A DNA stretch of 64,000 nt, taken from assembly GCF_004010195.1 (NCBI RefSeq), contig NC_057719.1, positions 53,846,204-53,910,203 of the forward strand, in the 5' to 3' direction. Below, one piece after another: positions 1 to 14,387 of this stretch. The notes beneath the pieces were generated by a model that saw only the letters and a list, made by a program, of their open reading frames with translations, made no database searches and was not told the DNA's origin. The position numbers and the translations under genes are program-made. This stretch comes from Chiloscyllium plagiosum (taxonomy: Eukaryota). Positions within the stretch are counted from its first letter, which is position 1. The number at the start of each line of letters is the position of its first letter.

Positions 1-59
1 TCTTCCAACACTTTATGTTGGTTCCACAATTTCCAGTTTTCTAATCCTCCACCATGAAT

Positions 60-200
60 GTGTAATCCATCTACACACCCATTGCTTGCTGCAATGTTTC
101 AATGGAGCACAACACCAGTTCAGTGAATAACACCTTACTTTCCATTTAGACACTTTACAGCCTCGAGAACTCAATACTGAATTGCATAACATCAGAAACT
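60..200 (+). mobile_element. Old PLE endonuclease C-terminal relic
   Basis: caccttactttccatttagacactttacagcctcgagaactcaatactgaa resembles the LIFRLGTLQPxGxNI terminus seen in the younger copies. Confidence 0.45.
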
Positions 201-439
201 GACTGTGTTTGGCCATTTTTCTTACGTTCTCTCCCCCTCCCCTCCACAGTCGTGTCTTGTTTGTGGCTTGTTTACTTTGCTTTTAGTAGAGAGGACACAT
301 TGTCTTCCTTTTTACACCTTAACTTACACCCATTTGACATCTCTTTACCACCACTAATAACATCTTTGTCTGTTGCATCTGCCTCCTTGCTCCTCCTCTG
401 CTTCTGTCAGAAAGAATTACAGCACACACCCCACTCCTT

Positions 440-1102
440 GTTACTCCACCGCAGGAAATGCAAAACCTGCATCCATACCACTCCCCTCACCTATGTCCAA
501 CACCCCAAGGGATCCTTCCTTCCATCAGTAATTTAGCCGTATCTCTACCAATGTCATCCGTTGCACCCGGTGTGGTCTCCTCTACGTCGGGGGGACAGGA
601 CACTTTCTTGTGAAAGCTTCAGAGAACATCTCTGGGACACCCGTACCCACCAACCTCACTATCCCATGACTGGACATGCCAACTCCCCCTCCCACTTCAT
701 CAAGCAGGTCCTGGGCCTCCTCCACCACCAAACCGACACCTGGAAGAAGAACGCCTCATATTCCGCCTTGGGACTCTGCAACCACACAGGATAAATGTCT
801 ATTTCAACAGTTTCCTCATTTTCCCTCTCCCCCACATTATCCCAGTCCCAAACCTCCAACACAGTACAGTCCTCTGGATCCATCCATCACTGCCCCCTCT
901 GACCTATCACCTTCTCCCTTACTTTCATCAACCTATCATTTTTTCAGCTACCTTTCCGCAAGCCCCACACCCCTCCCATTTATCTCTCAGCCCCGGCCCA
1001 CAAACCACATTCCTGATGAAGGGCTTATGCCCAAAACATAGATTCTCCTACTCCTCGGATACCTTCTGACCTGCTGTGCTTTCCCAGCACTACACTCTCG
1101 AC
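440..1102 (+). mobile_element. PLE family 1 3' fragment (GIY-YIG, 3'UTR, pLTR without tail)
   Basis: CKTC linker and RCGLLYVGGTG-like motif. ctgatgaagggcttatgcccaaaac at 1013-1036. Ends cacactctcgac. Confidence 0.9.
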
Positions 1103-1322
1103 ATTTTAAAAAGAGTGTTTGGGTTGTAAAAGTGAAACCTGAATCCCAAAAGCTTATCTGTTGTCCATTTTCATCAAAAATGGCAAAACTTGTAAAAAAT
1201 CTTGAGTTCTCCTTGGTTTTTCACCAGCATTATATTCTGAGATTGAAATAGAGGAAGGGAGAAGAGCTTTTAGAGTCTTTGGTGTTTTCAATCCATTTGT
1301 TGTTTTCCCCCCTTCCATCTCA

Positions 1323-1670
1323 GGCAGTATGGTGGCTCAGTGTTTAGCACAGCTGCCTCACTAAATTAGGGGCCTGCATTCAATTCCAGCCTCAAGTGAT
1401 TGTCTGGGTGGAGTTTGTGTGATCTCCCTGTGTCTGTGTGGGGTTCTTCTGGGTCCTCTGGTTTTGTCCCACAGTCTAAAAATGTGTACGTGAGGTGGAT
1501 TAGCCATGTTTAATGCAAGGATAGGAAAGGGTGGAGGTGCGTGTGTGTGTGTGGGGGGGGCGGAGGGGGGCAGGGTGGGAGAGGGTGAGTCTAGATGAGA
1601 TCCTCTCTGGAGAATTGTTATGGAATTTTTGGGGCCAAATAGCCTGTTTCCATATTGGGGATTCTATGTT
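1323..1670 (+). mobile_element. HE1-type tRNA-derived V-SINE
   Basis: A-box tggctcagtgtttagc, B-box-like ttcaattcc, V-domain tggagtttg...ctccctgtgtctg, tail gggattctatg. Confidence 0.85.
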
Positions 1671-3889
1671 TCAATGCTTTAAGTCTGATGTGAATATACC
1701 ATTTCTTTGTCAATTCTGGTATCTCTGTCTCATTCCAAGCTGGAAATTTATAGAGTCCCTTTCATCTTCAATGTGTGAATTTACCACACAAGTGAGAGTA
1801 AAACAAATTTACAACTTTCTTGATGCCACATTGAGCTTCAATGCCTTTTGATTACTTTTTGTTATATCTCTTTCTTTAACCCCACACTATCGCTTAACTG
1901 CCGTAGTGCTTATATTTTCCCCAGCATCCATGGTGTGTGTGTGTGTGTGCAGGTGTGAGACACAGTGAAGCCTTTTGATTATATTGGGTAATTCCAATGA
2001 AACCAGTTTTGTATATTTCACAAGTTCCCTGGGCTTGTCAGGTGATTGCAGCCCCTATTTTAGGTCAATAATGCACTTTTTAAAACCATCCCTAGTTCAT
2101 TAAAATCTTGGGATTAACTTCAAATAATGAATGTTGAATATCAATATTCCATTTCCCCATGATTGTGACATGGCTCAAATTTGCCAGATCTACTGAGTAT
2201 TTCCACCAATTTCTGCTTTTATTTTAAATTATTTAAAGCTTTCATGTTCATACTAGCTCTTATCAGCTGCATATTTTTTTATTAGCTGCATTAATAAACA
2301 TTAATAACATTTTAGAAAAGGTCATCCTGAGAATCTGTGCACATTGATATTCTGAATGTAACAATGGACAATGTATACTGATCAGCTTTGCCAATAAAAT
2401 TGTTTCTGTATTTTGATAGGCATAAGCAGAACACTCCTTTGAACAGCCGAGATATTATTCATTTCTATTCTTAGTTTTAGATCAATTTTAGGTTGTCCCT
2501 GCCCCATGTCCTTTTGACAATAGCTTTCTGTAGTTAAAGTTAGGGGATACTACATTGATATGAGTAGAGATCATCAGATAAAATTATGCAGGCAGCTGTG
2601 CTTTATCAAGATGCTCAAAATTGCTTTACTCAGTCAATCCAGTAGAATGTTTGAATTACCAGAACTCTACAGTAAAAATAACTGTGTTTTTGAATTGGTT
2701 TGTTTATATGTTCAGCAGAATGCATACAGTAATAGAGTGCTTATTCAGCACAGAATTCCAGACAAGGATACTACAATGGAACTTAAATGCTGCAGAAGTA
2801 AGAAGAAAAAGCATCTCAATATATTTTTTAAAAACTGAAGGCTGGTATTGATTTAACAGAGGCCTATTCTCATCTCTTCTGCTTACTTTTTGTTTGCTAG
2901 TTGTATTGTCCTTTGTGATGTTTATTCGTCACTTTAATTACCAATTGTGATTTTCTGTCCTTTATCATCAGCACCCCATATTGAAAATGGTTCATAAAGA
3001 AGACTTGCTTTCTCAAAACAAAAGGATATTACTACTTGAACCTCAAATTAATTGGCAGAGGGTAACATGATTTTGACAGTTGAATGAATCGGTCGAAGAT
3101 TACTGTGGTAAAAATATATCTTGACTCATGGGACAGTGGCACCACTACCGGGTAATTTGGAGATGTACCATTCAAAAAGTCTTCACTTGAATTGTACTCG
3201 GATAAATGTACTTGCAATTCATAGAAACATAGAGAGGGCTTTAAGTTTAGTAGTGAGGGGGAAAGTTCCAGCAAAAGGAGACTTAGAAAACTGTTCAGAA
3301 AGGCCAAGTTATTAATGCAAAAATGAGGAAAGAACTTAAAACAACTATGATCACAGCCTGGTCTGGTCCATGAGCTGGATGTGTATCCCTGAGTGCACTG
3401 TGTGCTTGCTGCAGTGTTACAATGATGGTTGCTGGTAGAGTCTGAGGTGCAAAATTGATGAAGAAAATCATCCAACTCGCGGATTGGTGAGTGCCATGAA
3501 AGTTCATACATTGGCACATGTCAAATGTTGATGTACATGGGTGTGGGGCACATACGACCGGTACCTAATGGGCGTACCCAAGATGGTAGGTGGTTTTTCA
3601 TGTCCAATATAGAAGTATTTTGGAGCCCAACTTGAATCCGCTCTGGTTCCGTAGTAAAACAGGCTGTTAACAAGACTATTAACCAGCAATCACCAGCATG
3701 GTAGGAAATTTGCCACTGCCTAGTGAGAATCTTGCCATGCTGCTTGAGAAAAGTATACTCAATGTGAGGAGATGATCTCAACATGGAGACAGGGCTCATT
3801 GAACACCCAATTCATCCACTCATCTCACTATAACCCACAGTCTGGTAAGGTTCTGTTCCTAGAGATTTAAAAGAAATGGCTGTAAAGAT

Positions 3890-4088
3890 AAAGTCAGAAG
3901 GGACACAACACCAGGTTATCCAACAGGTTTATTTGAAATCATTAGCTTTCAGAGTGCTGCTCCTTCATCAGGTGAAAACCTGACACTCTGAAAGCTTGTG
4001 ATTTCAACTAAACCTGCTGGACCATATCCTGGCGATGTGTAACTTCTGACTTTGGCCACCCCAGTCCAACTCTGACAATTCTATATTA
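3890..4088. mobile_element. Fold-back mini-element of PLE family 2
   Basis: Inverted arms aaagtcagaag...tagctttcagag / ctctgaaagctt...cttctgacttt, with an extra tail on the right arm. Minus-strand cacCTGATGAaggagcagcactctGAAAgcta at ~3943-3974. Degenerate flanking repeat ggctgtaaagata / ggttagaaagata. Confidence 0.8.
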
Positions 4089-4108
4089 TGGTTAGAAAGA
4101 TAGAGGAT

Positions 4109-4397
4109 GGAGAAAGTGAGGATGCAGATGCTGGAGATCAGAGTCGAGAGGGTGTTGCTGGAAAAGCACAGCAGGTCAGGCAGCATCCGAGGAGCAGGAG
4201 AATCAACGTTTCGGGCATAAGCCCTTCATCAGGAATGAGGCTTGTGGGTCGGGGCTGAGAGATAAATGGGAGAGGGGTGGGTTTGGTACTAGGTTCCTGG
4301 GAAAGTAATAAGTGGATGAAGGTGAGGGAGAAGGTGAAAGGTCAGAGGGGAGGGCGGTGCCGATTGGAGGCTTGGGACTAGGATAATGTGGGAGGGG
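4109..4397 (-). mobile_element. PLE family 1 3' end (3'UTR, pLTR and tail)
   Basis: Reverse complement of the family 1 terminus. Interrupts a CR1 fragment. Confidence 0.9.
4202..4237 (-). ncRNA. Minimal type I hammerhead ribozyme motif in pLTR, core intact
   Basis: Minus strand reads cattc-CUGAUGA-A-GGGC-uuau-GCCC-GAAAC-GUU-gau: conserved core, 4-bp stem II and palindromic ACGU stem III. Confidence 0.75.
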
Positions 4398-6951
4398 ATG
4401 CATTGGTTATAATTTTTCAAGATTCCTTAAATTCTGGACAGAAGTGGGAAACTATATATGCAACCCCTCAGTTCAAGAAATGTGCAGTCCTTGCGCACTT
4501 TTAATAATGTTTAGTGTGTTGATGCTTTTTAGCTATTGAAATGGAGCCTGCAAATATTTTATATTCTGTGAAACATGGTATTAGAGTTTAGGCTTTGTAT
4601 TGATACTTCTGCCTTGCATTCAATGTGAAAAGCTGGTTGTCATATACTAGCTGAGTCACTTGTAATATTATACAAATTGTGTATTGAACAGGAAAATCTG
4701 ACAGCTAATCCCGACTGACAGTATATAGTACACCAGAGATAAAGGGTGATGCCTACCACATTCTACTGTATCCTTTGAAAGGTGGCAAACCCAATCTGCC
4801 ATTCCTAAGCTTATCACCTGAAAAGAATAATCATACCTAGGTTGAATAATGTATAGAAATGGAGACAAAAGCACTAAGACAGCATAATACAGAGAATTAG
4901 GTGATTAAAAATGAATGGGTAGATATCATGTAAATCGATGAAAAGAAGCTAAAAGCAGAAATGTAATGCCTGTGTTCAGTTAAATAGCAACTGAATTTGG
5001 AAGTGACTGACAGAGGAATGATGTTAAGGGACTCATGGGTAACTGTCAAAGGAGGAAGCAAGGAAAGCAAATTATAAAACACAACCTTTAAGAATAGCAC
5101 AACTTTGTTTAAAACAAATAAAATAAAATTAATTTTGGAAACACAGAAAAGGGAGGATAATCCAAAAGTAGGGTTTTAGTCTATCTTCAAATAAGTTATG
5201 AAATAGTCCATGGTTAATCTTATTGACCGAGAGACTGAAACCATTCGATTCCAAATCCCATTATCTCTCATTTTAAAAGAGCACACACAATAGATATCTG
5301 CTGTTTTTGCTGTGCTGATTTTTGTTCTGAAGTAATGAGCTGCAGGGTTCTTGACTTCATAATCTGTATTGCCTGATAATACTGACAAGTTGAATTAAAC
5401 ATTGTGTCTTACAGATATATGGCTAGAACAATGGTTTAATCACTTTCATTGCTGAAATGACCTTTGGAGAAATATGCTTGCATTCTGTGCCAACCAATTG
5501 TGTAATGTACAAATTCCTGTGCTTTCAAATAAATAAAAATCTTTTTAAATCGAACTTTGCACTGAAACCATATATTCAAGATGTTGTATGAAAAAGAAAG
5601 AATGGGACGGTGTGGAAGCTAAAAATCTTATCCTAAATTTTTCTTCACATTATATCTGGTTTTGAAATATCAATGAGTAGAAAGTTAGACAAAAACTGAT
5701 TTTGCAAAATACTCATGCATTTCAACATACCCTAACTTTGTTCCATCACTTCCAACTGAAATTAGGTAGTAATGCTAAGAGACATGATGGCTCAGAATAT
5801 AGCTAAACTCTACACATTTTTGTGTGTTAAACGGCCTATTGAACTTCCAATGTGCTGGGCAGGTAAATGCACCCAACATATTGAATAAAGTTGATGCTCT
5901 GTTAGCAGGCATATAGAGTGGTAATATTTTGGGGGAGAAACAGCCTAACTCTGAGAATTAGGCATGGAGCTCTGGGAATGTTATTAATCCATATTAATGC
6001 AATGTTTTACAAACAGCAAACTAAATTGATGCTGCCTGTTCTTATAAATGATTGCTGTGTTTATCCTCCAAGTTCTGACTGCATTGTAAGGTGCTCAATA
6101 CTGTGTATGATTAGTCCAACTTAAAGATAGTAAGAGCTGGTGAAATGTTTTCAGAAGTCATTGATAATTTGACTAATGGCTAAATACTTGAAGGGGTAGA
6201 TACTGCAGACATTAAACAAATCATGGAAGTTATGGTACAAGGTGTGGAAAATGAAGAGAAATGCTTTGCATTCTCAGAAGGTTGAGAGGCCCTCCATGCA
6301 GCTGAGAAGAGGGGAGAAGGTCAATGACAACTTGGAGAGCATTTTTAGCATGTTAAACATTTCAGTACAAGCAGTGTTGTGTTGTTCCATGAATCTCAGT
6401 ACAGTTCAAGGAGAAGGTCAAAGTGAGAGCAAGCTCAAGTTCAAACTAGATGTTTTATGAACTGCATCACAAGATTAATCCGCTGCTCTGTTCTATACAC
6501 AAACATCATTCACCTTTAAGTAATTATTAAACAATAAGCATTTGGTCTTAAAATTCATTAATATTGTCTTTCCCTCACACCGTTTAGAATTATTGCAGTC
6601 TCTTAGATCACACACAATGTATTCAACAACAACAACCACATCACCAAACATAATGCCAGTCATACACTCATGCAATTCTTTCTTGCAAGAGAAGGATAGA
6701 ATATAAGTGCAGGCAACAGGAAAGAATTGGAGGTGAACAAGCACACCTGCATGTTTAACCCTTAAAAAGGAGACAGTATTGATCACCATGAGAAATGGCA
6801 TAATTGAGACTCTGACCACTGACAGGGCTAAAAGCATCATAATGAAGACAACTATTCTATTGCAAAGAAAAGATGAGTTTGATTGAAACATTAATTGTTT
6901 TCTCTCCATAGATGCTGTGAGACATGTTTAGTCCAGATTTCCAGCATCTAC

Positions 6952-7936
6952 ACAGGAACAGTCCCTTCATCCCATGATGTTGTGCCGAACATAATGTTAA
7001 ATTAAACTAATCCCTTCTACTGCCCTTGGTCCACACCCCTCCATTCCTTAAATACTCATGTGCTAAATAAAAGTTTCTTAAATGCCCTTATCATATCTGC
7101 CTCTATCCACCACTCCTGGCAGTGTGTTACAGATTCCTGCTACTCTCTGTGTAAAAAACTTGCCTCTCACATCTCCTTTAAACTTTCCCCTCTCACCTTG
7201 AATGCATGGCTCCTAGTATGAGACATTTCAACTCTGGGAGAAAGATTCTGACCTTCAACCCTATCTATGCATCTCATAATGTTAGAGACTTCTTTCAAGT
7301 CTCCCCTCAGCCTCTGCCACTCCATAGAACACAACCCGAGTTTCCTAACCTCTCAGTGAATACCGACATAAAGTGGGCCAACCCTTTCCCTGGCTACCTC
7401 TTGCTTTTTATGTACGTATAAAAAGCCTTGAGATTTTCCTTATTCCTGTTTGATACTGACTTTTTATGATGCCTTTTAGTCCTTCTAATTCTTCGTTTAA
7501 GTTCTTTCCTATTTTCCTTTTTTACTTCATGGGCTTTGTCAGTTCCCACCCTCTGGACCTTACTAATGCTTCTTTTTTTCTTTTTGACCAAGGTCATAAC
7601 ATTCCTGGTCATCCAAGGTTCACATAACTTGTCATACTTTTCCTTCATTCTCACAGGAACGTGCTTGCTCCTGAACTCTCATCGACTGCCGTTTGATATA
7701 CTCCCACATGTCCGATTTACCCCCAAACAGCCACCTCCAATCAAAATTCTTCAGTTCCTGCATAGTATTGCTGTAGTTCATCCTCTAATTTAACATCTTC
7801 ACCGGAGGACTGCTGTTATCCCTAGCCATGAGGTATCTTAAAACTCAGGGTATTATGGTCACTACTCCTGAAATGCTCCCCCACTAAAACTTCATTTACC
7901 TGTCTGGGCTCATTTCCCAAAACCAGGCCCAGTATA
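6952..7936 (-). mobile_element. CR1/HER1 LINE fragments
   Basis: ORF 7394-7654 EPWMTRNVMTLVKKK...KENLKAFYTYIKSKR, plus the CR1 3' region. Confidence 0.85.
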
Positions 7937-7939
7937 ACT

Positions 7940-8215
7940 TGGTTATTGAACTTAATAACGAAAGTCTATAATGATGAGTCTAATGGTGACCAGAAACTAG
8001 CATCAATTGATGGAAAAACTCGTTGGTTCACTAATGTCTTTCAGAGCAGGGAACTGCCATCCTTACCTGGTCTGGCCTACATGTGATGTCTGACCCACAG
8101 CAATGTGGTTGACTCTTATCTGACTCTTACCTGCCCTGTGGACAATTAGTGATTGCAATAAATGCTGGCCAAGCCAGTGATGCCTCACCTTATGAATGAA
8201 TTTAAAAAAAAAAAC
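7940..8215 (+). mobile_element. SINE-like repeat sharing its 3' tail with the adjacent LINE family
   Basis: Tail gcaataaatgctggcc...atgaatgaatttaaaaaaa matches the reverse-complemented end of 8295-10195. Second copy at ~16330-16632. Confidence 0.6.
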
Positions 8216-8294
8216 ATCCTTTGAAAGATGTAAGGCATCTTTTGCAATTGTGAAATAAAAGTATGCTCACACATAAAAGTGCACAAACACATGA

Positions 8295-10195
8295 GTTTTA
8301 TTTATTCATTGGATGTGGGATAGTACTTTCCTTATTGCCCATCCCTAACTACCCAGTGAAGATGGTGGGGAACTCACTTTTTTGAATCACAGCAGTCTGT
8401 GGGTGTAGCTACATCTGCAGTTCCACTAGGAAAAGAGCATCAGGATTTTGAGCCAACAGCAATGAAGGAACACTGATATTGTTCCAAGTCAGTGGGGTGA
8501 GAGACTTAGGAAGACCTTGCAGGTGGTGTTCCCACGCATCCTTCTAGGTAGTAGAGGTTGCAAGTTTGGAAGGTGCTTTCAAAGGATTCTCGGTGAATTA
8601 TGGCAGTGCATGTTTTAGATGGTACACATTGCCACCATAATGCATCACTGATGAAGAAAATGAGTTTCGAAGCTGATGAATGTGGTGCCAAATAAGTATG
8701 TTCCTCTGTCCTGGATGATGTCAAGCATCTTGAGTATTGCTGAGTTGCATCCACTCTCACAAGTGGAGACATTCCATCAAACTCCTGCCTTGTGCATATT
8801 ACATAATGAACAGGCATTAGAAACACAAGAATAAAGTTATTTGCAAAAGAATTTTGAGTCCCTGACCTTCCTTAGGTAGCTCCACCAGATATGTAGCTGG
8901 TCCAGGTCATTGACCTCCTCGGATGTCAACAGTGGGGAAACAGTGATGGTAATATATGGAATGCCAATCATTTATGGTTATTATCTGGCAATTTTGGGGT
9001 GCAACTGTTACTTTCCACTTATTGGTTCAAGGCTGAAAGTTGTTCTGATCCTAACAATTAATAATCATCCTCTGTTCTGCTAGATACGACTCCAATTAGT
9101 CAAGATCTTTCCCCATTCTAATTAACTACAATTTGTCCTGGCCTTGTTGAATTTGAATATTGACTGCTTCAGTATCTGAGGAGTTGCGAAAGGTGCTGAA
9201 CATTGTACAATCATCAGTGAACATCCCTACTTCTGACCTTACAATGGACGGAGGTTCATTAATGAAACAGCTGAAGATGTTTCAGCCTAGGACATTGCTC
9301 TGAGGGACTCCTGTAGTGGTGTCTTGGAAATGAGATACTGATCTCCAACAACCAGAACAATCTTACTTTGTGTCCCGTATGGCTCCAACCACTTGGGTGT
9401 TGGCCCCTAATACATATTGATTCCAGTTTTGCTAGGGCTCCTTGATGTCACACCCAATTAAATGTAGCCTTGATGTTTAGGCCTGTCATACTCACCTCAG
9501 AAATTCAGCTCATTTCCATGCTTGAACCAAAGTTGTGATGAGGTCAGGAGCTGAGTGGTCTTGGTGGAATCCAAACTTGACATCACTGAGCAGGTTATTG
9601 CTGAGCAGATGCTGCCAATTAGCACTGTCGATAACACCTTCCATCACTTTACTGATGATCATGAGGTGACTGATAAGACATTAAGTGGCTGGTTGGATTT
9701 GTCCTCTTTTCATGCAAGGGATGTATCTGGGCAAGTTTCCACATTGTCGGATCGATGCCTGTGTTGCATTTGTACTGCAACAACTTTGTAAGGGTACAGC
9801 CTGTTCTCGAGCACAAGTCTTCAATACAATTGCTGGAATGTCGTTAGGACCTACAGCCTTTACAATATCCACTATCTTCAGCCATATCTTGATATCACGA
9901 GGTATGCATCAAATTGGCCGAAGATTAGTATTTGTGGTGTTGCGGATTTCTGAAGAAGGTAGAGATGGATCATCTATTTGGTACTTCTGGTTGAAGATTT
10001 TTGCAAATGCTTCAACCTGACCTTTTGCACAGATGTACTGGACTCCCCCATCGTTGAGAATGGGGATATTTGTGGAGTGTCCTCTTCTAGTGAGTTGCTT
10101 AATTGTCCATCACCATGCAGACTGGATGCTGGATGAGGCAGCTCAGCGGAGCTTAGATCTGATCCATTGGCTGTGGGATCACTTAGCTCTGCCAT
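8295..10195 (-). mobile_element. CR1-clade LINE (second family), 5'-truncated and internally deleted
   Basis: DIVKAVGPNDIPAIVLKTCAREQAVPL (RT N-region); 3' tail at ~8295-8350. Confidence 0.8.
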
Positions 10196-11504
10196 GTTTC
10201 AAATTTTATTTTTAAACTTTGAAGATAGTGCTGGAGTCCCTTGCACGCTTTCTTCCAGCTTGCCTCAGGAACCCACAACCAATTCCTCTCTTCCTGGGTC
10301 ATCTAGCCCAACTCACAACTCGCCCACCAGTTCCCACCTCCTGACCTAGACTAAAACTGGGAAGTTCAGGTTGGCTTTTTTTAAAGCATGTGCTCACAAA
10401 GCCTGAATTTCTCTTACCTCTGCGTACCTGACCTCAGAATAAAAACTGGGAGCTGTCTGTATTTTACAGATTAGGATAGGAGGAGAGATCTGCAGTCGGT
10501 GAGATCACTGGGTAGAGTGAACAGAGTCAGAGTAGTGCAAAAAGAGGCCAGCTCATAGCAGGGCAAGGCTGCACACTAGTTAGGTTGCAAAGAGACAGAC
10601 TACAGAATGCAGCTGATGGCTATACATAGCCAAATATTTGGACCCCCTGCCAAAATTCTGTGTTCAATGTCAAGGCTTTTTGAGTCTGCCTCTAAGTTGT
10701 AACTGGGCTTTCTGAAGAGCTTGGAAGCCTGTCTCCCCCTAGATGGATTGGTTGGTCACCTTCAGCAGCATACCAATAAATCACATAATAATGTACTGAT
10801 TGATAAACAATGCTACAGTTTGCATTGTGATACAAGCAATTTCCATTAAAGTTTTGAGTGCTGGAACAGAAGCTCAGACTGTTGCTTTGAAACTTCAAAT
10901 TACTACCATTGTGGTCTTGGATACCAATGTTTAAAAGGATTTCTAGGGAGTCACACCCTTCATTCACTCTGTTAACCAATGTAGCTGCTTCTTAAAATCC
11001 CTGCCACATGATGCCCGCTTCAGAATCCTTCTTACCCTCCTCCCCTTTGTTGTTGCTGATTGTCCTGCTTAATATGCCCTCTTTTCATTCTCCAGTCATG
11101 TGCAAATCTCAGAGGAAGCCCGGTCAGTCCATTCATGACTGGAAGAAACTTATTTCAGCTCAAGATTTTACATCTACAAACCAATATTTCAGCACTGATC
11201 GGACTAATTCCTGGCAACAAATCAAAACATAAACAAGTATAGGAAAGCACATCCCAATTGTACCAGGAGTCAAAATAAATAATTGGCAACTGACCTGTAA
11301 ATACTACATGATCCCTTTAAGCAGTACTAGTGGGGACTCATCATTCTCCATCAATATTTGTTATCAGCAGCGCTGGCTTAAAACAAAGCGTAGGCTAGAG
11401 GGTGATTTCCAAAAAATGACAGTGGGATGTCAAATACATATTGCACAATGACAAACATTAGGGCCAATTTGTGCTAACAGGATTACACTCATATAAAATA
11501 GACA

Positions 11505-11715
11505 GGGTAAAAACAAGGGCTGCAGATGCTGGAAACCAGAGTCTAGATTAGAGTGGTGCTGGAAAAGCACAGCAGTTCAGGCAGCATCCGAGGAGCAGGA
11601 AAATCGATGTTTCAGGCAAAAGCCCTTCATCAGGAAGGGCTTTTGCCCCCAAAAAATCGATTTTCCTACTCCTCGGATGCTGCCTGAACTGCTGTGCTTT
11701 TCCAGCACCACTCTA
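11505..11715. mobile_element. Fold-back mini-PLE (family 1)
   Basis: Inverted arms turning at the HHR (~11636). Perfect 14-bp TSD atataaaatagaca at 11491-11504 and 11716-11729. Confidence 0.92.
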
Positions 11716-13165
11716 ATATAAAATAGACATCCAAGGTAGTCAGGAGCTCAGCAGGAAATGGATGGAAATTCTAAATGGCCAAATACAATAATGATTATTA
11801 GAACTTCACAAAATCTTCAACATACTTCTCTTCCTTAACTTTAGAAAGTGCTCGCAGTATTTTCCATTAGGAACTTTCCCCCTATTTTGATTTCATTATA
11901 AGAATAAGGGAACTCGGGAATGTTTGTGTGCTGTGCTACAGGAGAGCTGCTTTAGCCCTGGTGCTTTAGCCCTGGTGCTTTCAACTGGAAAGTACAGAGG
12001 GGATGTTAAAACCCAGTACTTCACAAAAAAGGCTCATATCATTGTGAAGAACTGAAGTATGTAGGAACTGTTGGAACCTTTCACAACCCTGTTGGCTGCA
12101 AAGGACACTTGTGGCACACTGGCATGAGATCTTTCATCCCTGCAACAACAGTGAATAGTCTTCTCTGGTTTCCACCACCAACATATTGCTGACTACAGAA
12201 CTTCCTCCTCTGCATTCCAAATTGCATAGCAGCCATTCATTTTGCCAGATTAACACAACTTCCAATTTTGAAAAGTTAATAATCCAGATTTTATGATCAA
12301 CATTTGCAGGGCATATCTGATGCCCACTACAATTTAATCTGCCCACTTATTCATCTAATGCTTGAGTCTTTGCCCTTCCAATGCCGACTCCACCAGGAAT
12401 ATATGGACAAACAGATTTGGAAGACCAATTGCTGAAACAATTCCAGCCGCACGAAGTGAAACTGTCAACACCCAATACAGGTACTGCATATTTTTTCATC
12501 GCTGACCTCCACATACACACACGCACACTTCCAACCTGACAATACTGACCCATCCAAATAGGGACAGGGATGACAGGAAGGATGCATATTGTCTGGGAGA
12601 ATGAATTTTGACGGGAGCAGGGGTTGGGGGGGGGCAGCTACATGGTTGAGTGAGGGTGCTGAATCTTATTGGGTTTGAAGAGGAAGGATTTGAATACTGT
12701 TGAGTTGAGTATTGTTGCAATTGCCATTGTGCCAAACATGCCAGCTGATTTATGTCAAGAGCACCTGGGTTTAAACATGCTATGAAAATCTCCAAGTAAA
12801 TTCACATAACAACCATGGCATGTTCACAGCAAGCAGCCCAGGCCTCTGTGGTTCTGGCCATCTCATTCCACTGTCTTTGCAATTGCAGAATGATCAGGTC
12901 AGGGTAAAACTGGAAATTGGATGTATAAATACCTACACGAGTATTGCACCTATTGAGACTTCCTCAGAGTCTCAGAACACAGCAGGCTTCTTTGCAAATT
13001 GGAAGATTCAGACCAATATCCACATACTTAACAAATTCAGTGAAATTTAATCCTATTCAAATTCTTGCTGGTTCCCTTTTGTAGCAATGTGTGATATTTG
13101 ACTTTTAAGCTGAGCATTATATTTCTTTATAATCATTAGTGAAGACAGGATACTGAGTATGAACA

Positions 13166-13449
13166 GTTCGTAGAACCATAGAAAGCCTACAGTGTTGATA
13201 GAGGCCATTTGGCCTATCAAGTCTGCACTGACACTTTGGAGAGCAACTCAGTCCTAGCTCCCTCAACCTATCCCCGAACCTTATGTTTACCATGGCTAAT
13301 CCAACTAATCTGCTCATCTTTGCACTATGGGAGAAATTTGGATCATCCGGAGGAAATCCACAAAGGCACGGGGAGAACATGCAAGAACTGAACCCAGGTC
13401 CCTGGCACTATGAGATAGCAGTGCTGACCACTGAGCCAATGTGCTGCCC
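13166..13449 (-). mobile_element. HE1-type SINE
   Basis: Minus strand gggcagcacattggctcagtggtcagcactgct..., ending in a CR1-like tail. Confidence 0.8.
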
Positions 13450-14387
13450 TCATTGTAGGGAAATTTCAAGCCCTTGAAGCTGCAAATTTGCATTTTGTGT
13501 AACCTTGAGCAAATTGGTGTTGCACATTTGTGGCAATAGGCATTACAATGGACAGACTGAAAGACCCACATGTGTTTCTGTCCAGATAGGCAACATGAGG
13601 TGAAGGCAATTAGATGTGGTTGTGGAACAGCATTCACATTCATTTCTTCATTAAGAGTGATGAGATAGTTAAATCATGTTTGTTGCACATTGACTAATGC
13701 AGTGTACAGACTGATGAGAGATAAGAGAAACGGAAAGTAAAACATTCCTCAAGTTCGGACATGTTTTTTTCACTAACGTGACAATTAAAATCCTTTTTAT
13801 TGAAATCTTCTAAATTGCTTTTTCATTTTCTGTTCTCTAACTTTTTTTTTTACAGATTTTTATGTTTAAACAATATTTTTCCCATCTTCTATTATTATTT
13901 TCTCAGTACGTACTACATTATGTATCATTTCACATATGGTCTAATTTCAGATTTATCTATACAACCCTAAACCTTGACACAGTTCCTTTACCTTGCTTAC
14001 TGTAGATTTGCCAGATCTCCAGGATTTGTGAAGGAATGTGCAAAACAGCCATAATGAAGACTTTTTTTTTGTAAGTTATACCTTAAATAATTCAAAAGAG
14101 CTAATTATTTAAGAAAAAGAAGTGTTTACAAATATCCAGTTATATATCCAGGACTACCCAAAATGATGTCATCTTTCACAGCAATGAGGATCGACTAATA
14201 AAGGCACATGCCTAAAAATACTACACAAGCACATTTTCATTTTTGATGTCAGGAAGACAGCACAATGTAGGAATAGCTAAGAGGACTATAAATGGCAGGG
14301 AGTTATTCCAGCCTAAAGCCATTTGCAATCTTTCAAAACATGTCCTTCACTAAAAAATTCACCATTACTGACCTCAGAGATCCTTAT

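Larger units (their letters stand above)
3835..4480 (+). mobile_element. CR1 ORF2 fragment split by two PLE insertions
   Basis: LKEMAVKI...DALVIIFQDSLNSG...ATPQFKK-like coding on either side of 3890-4397. Confidence 0.6.

Noticed and set aside
11505..11715. DNA-transposon MITE or pre-miRNA hairpin
   Set aside because: The arms are PLE pLTR sequence, the ends are asymmetric and TSDs vary in sequence and length (14-16 bp). This does not fit TIR transposons.
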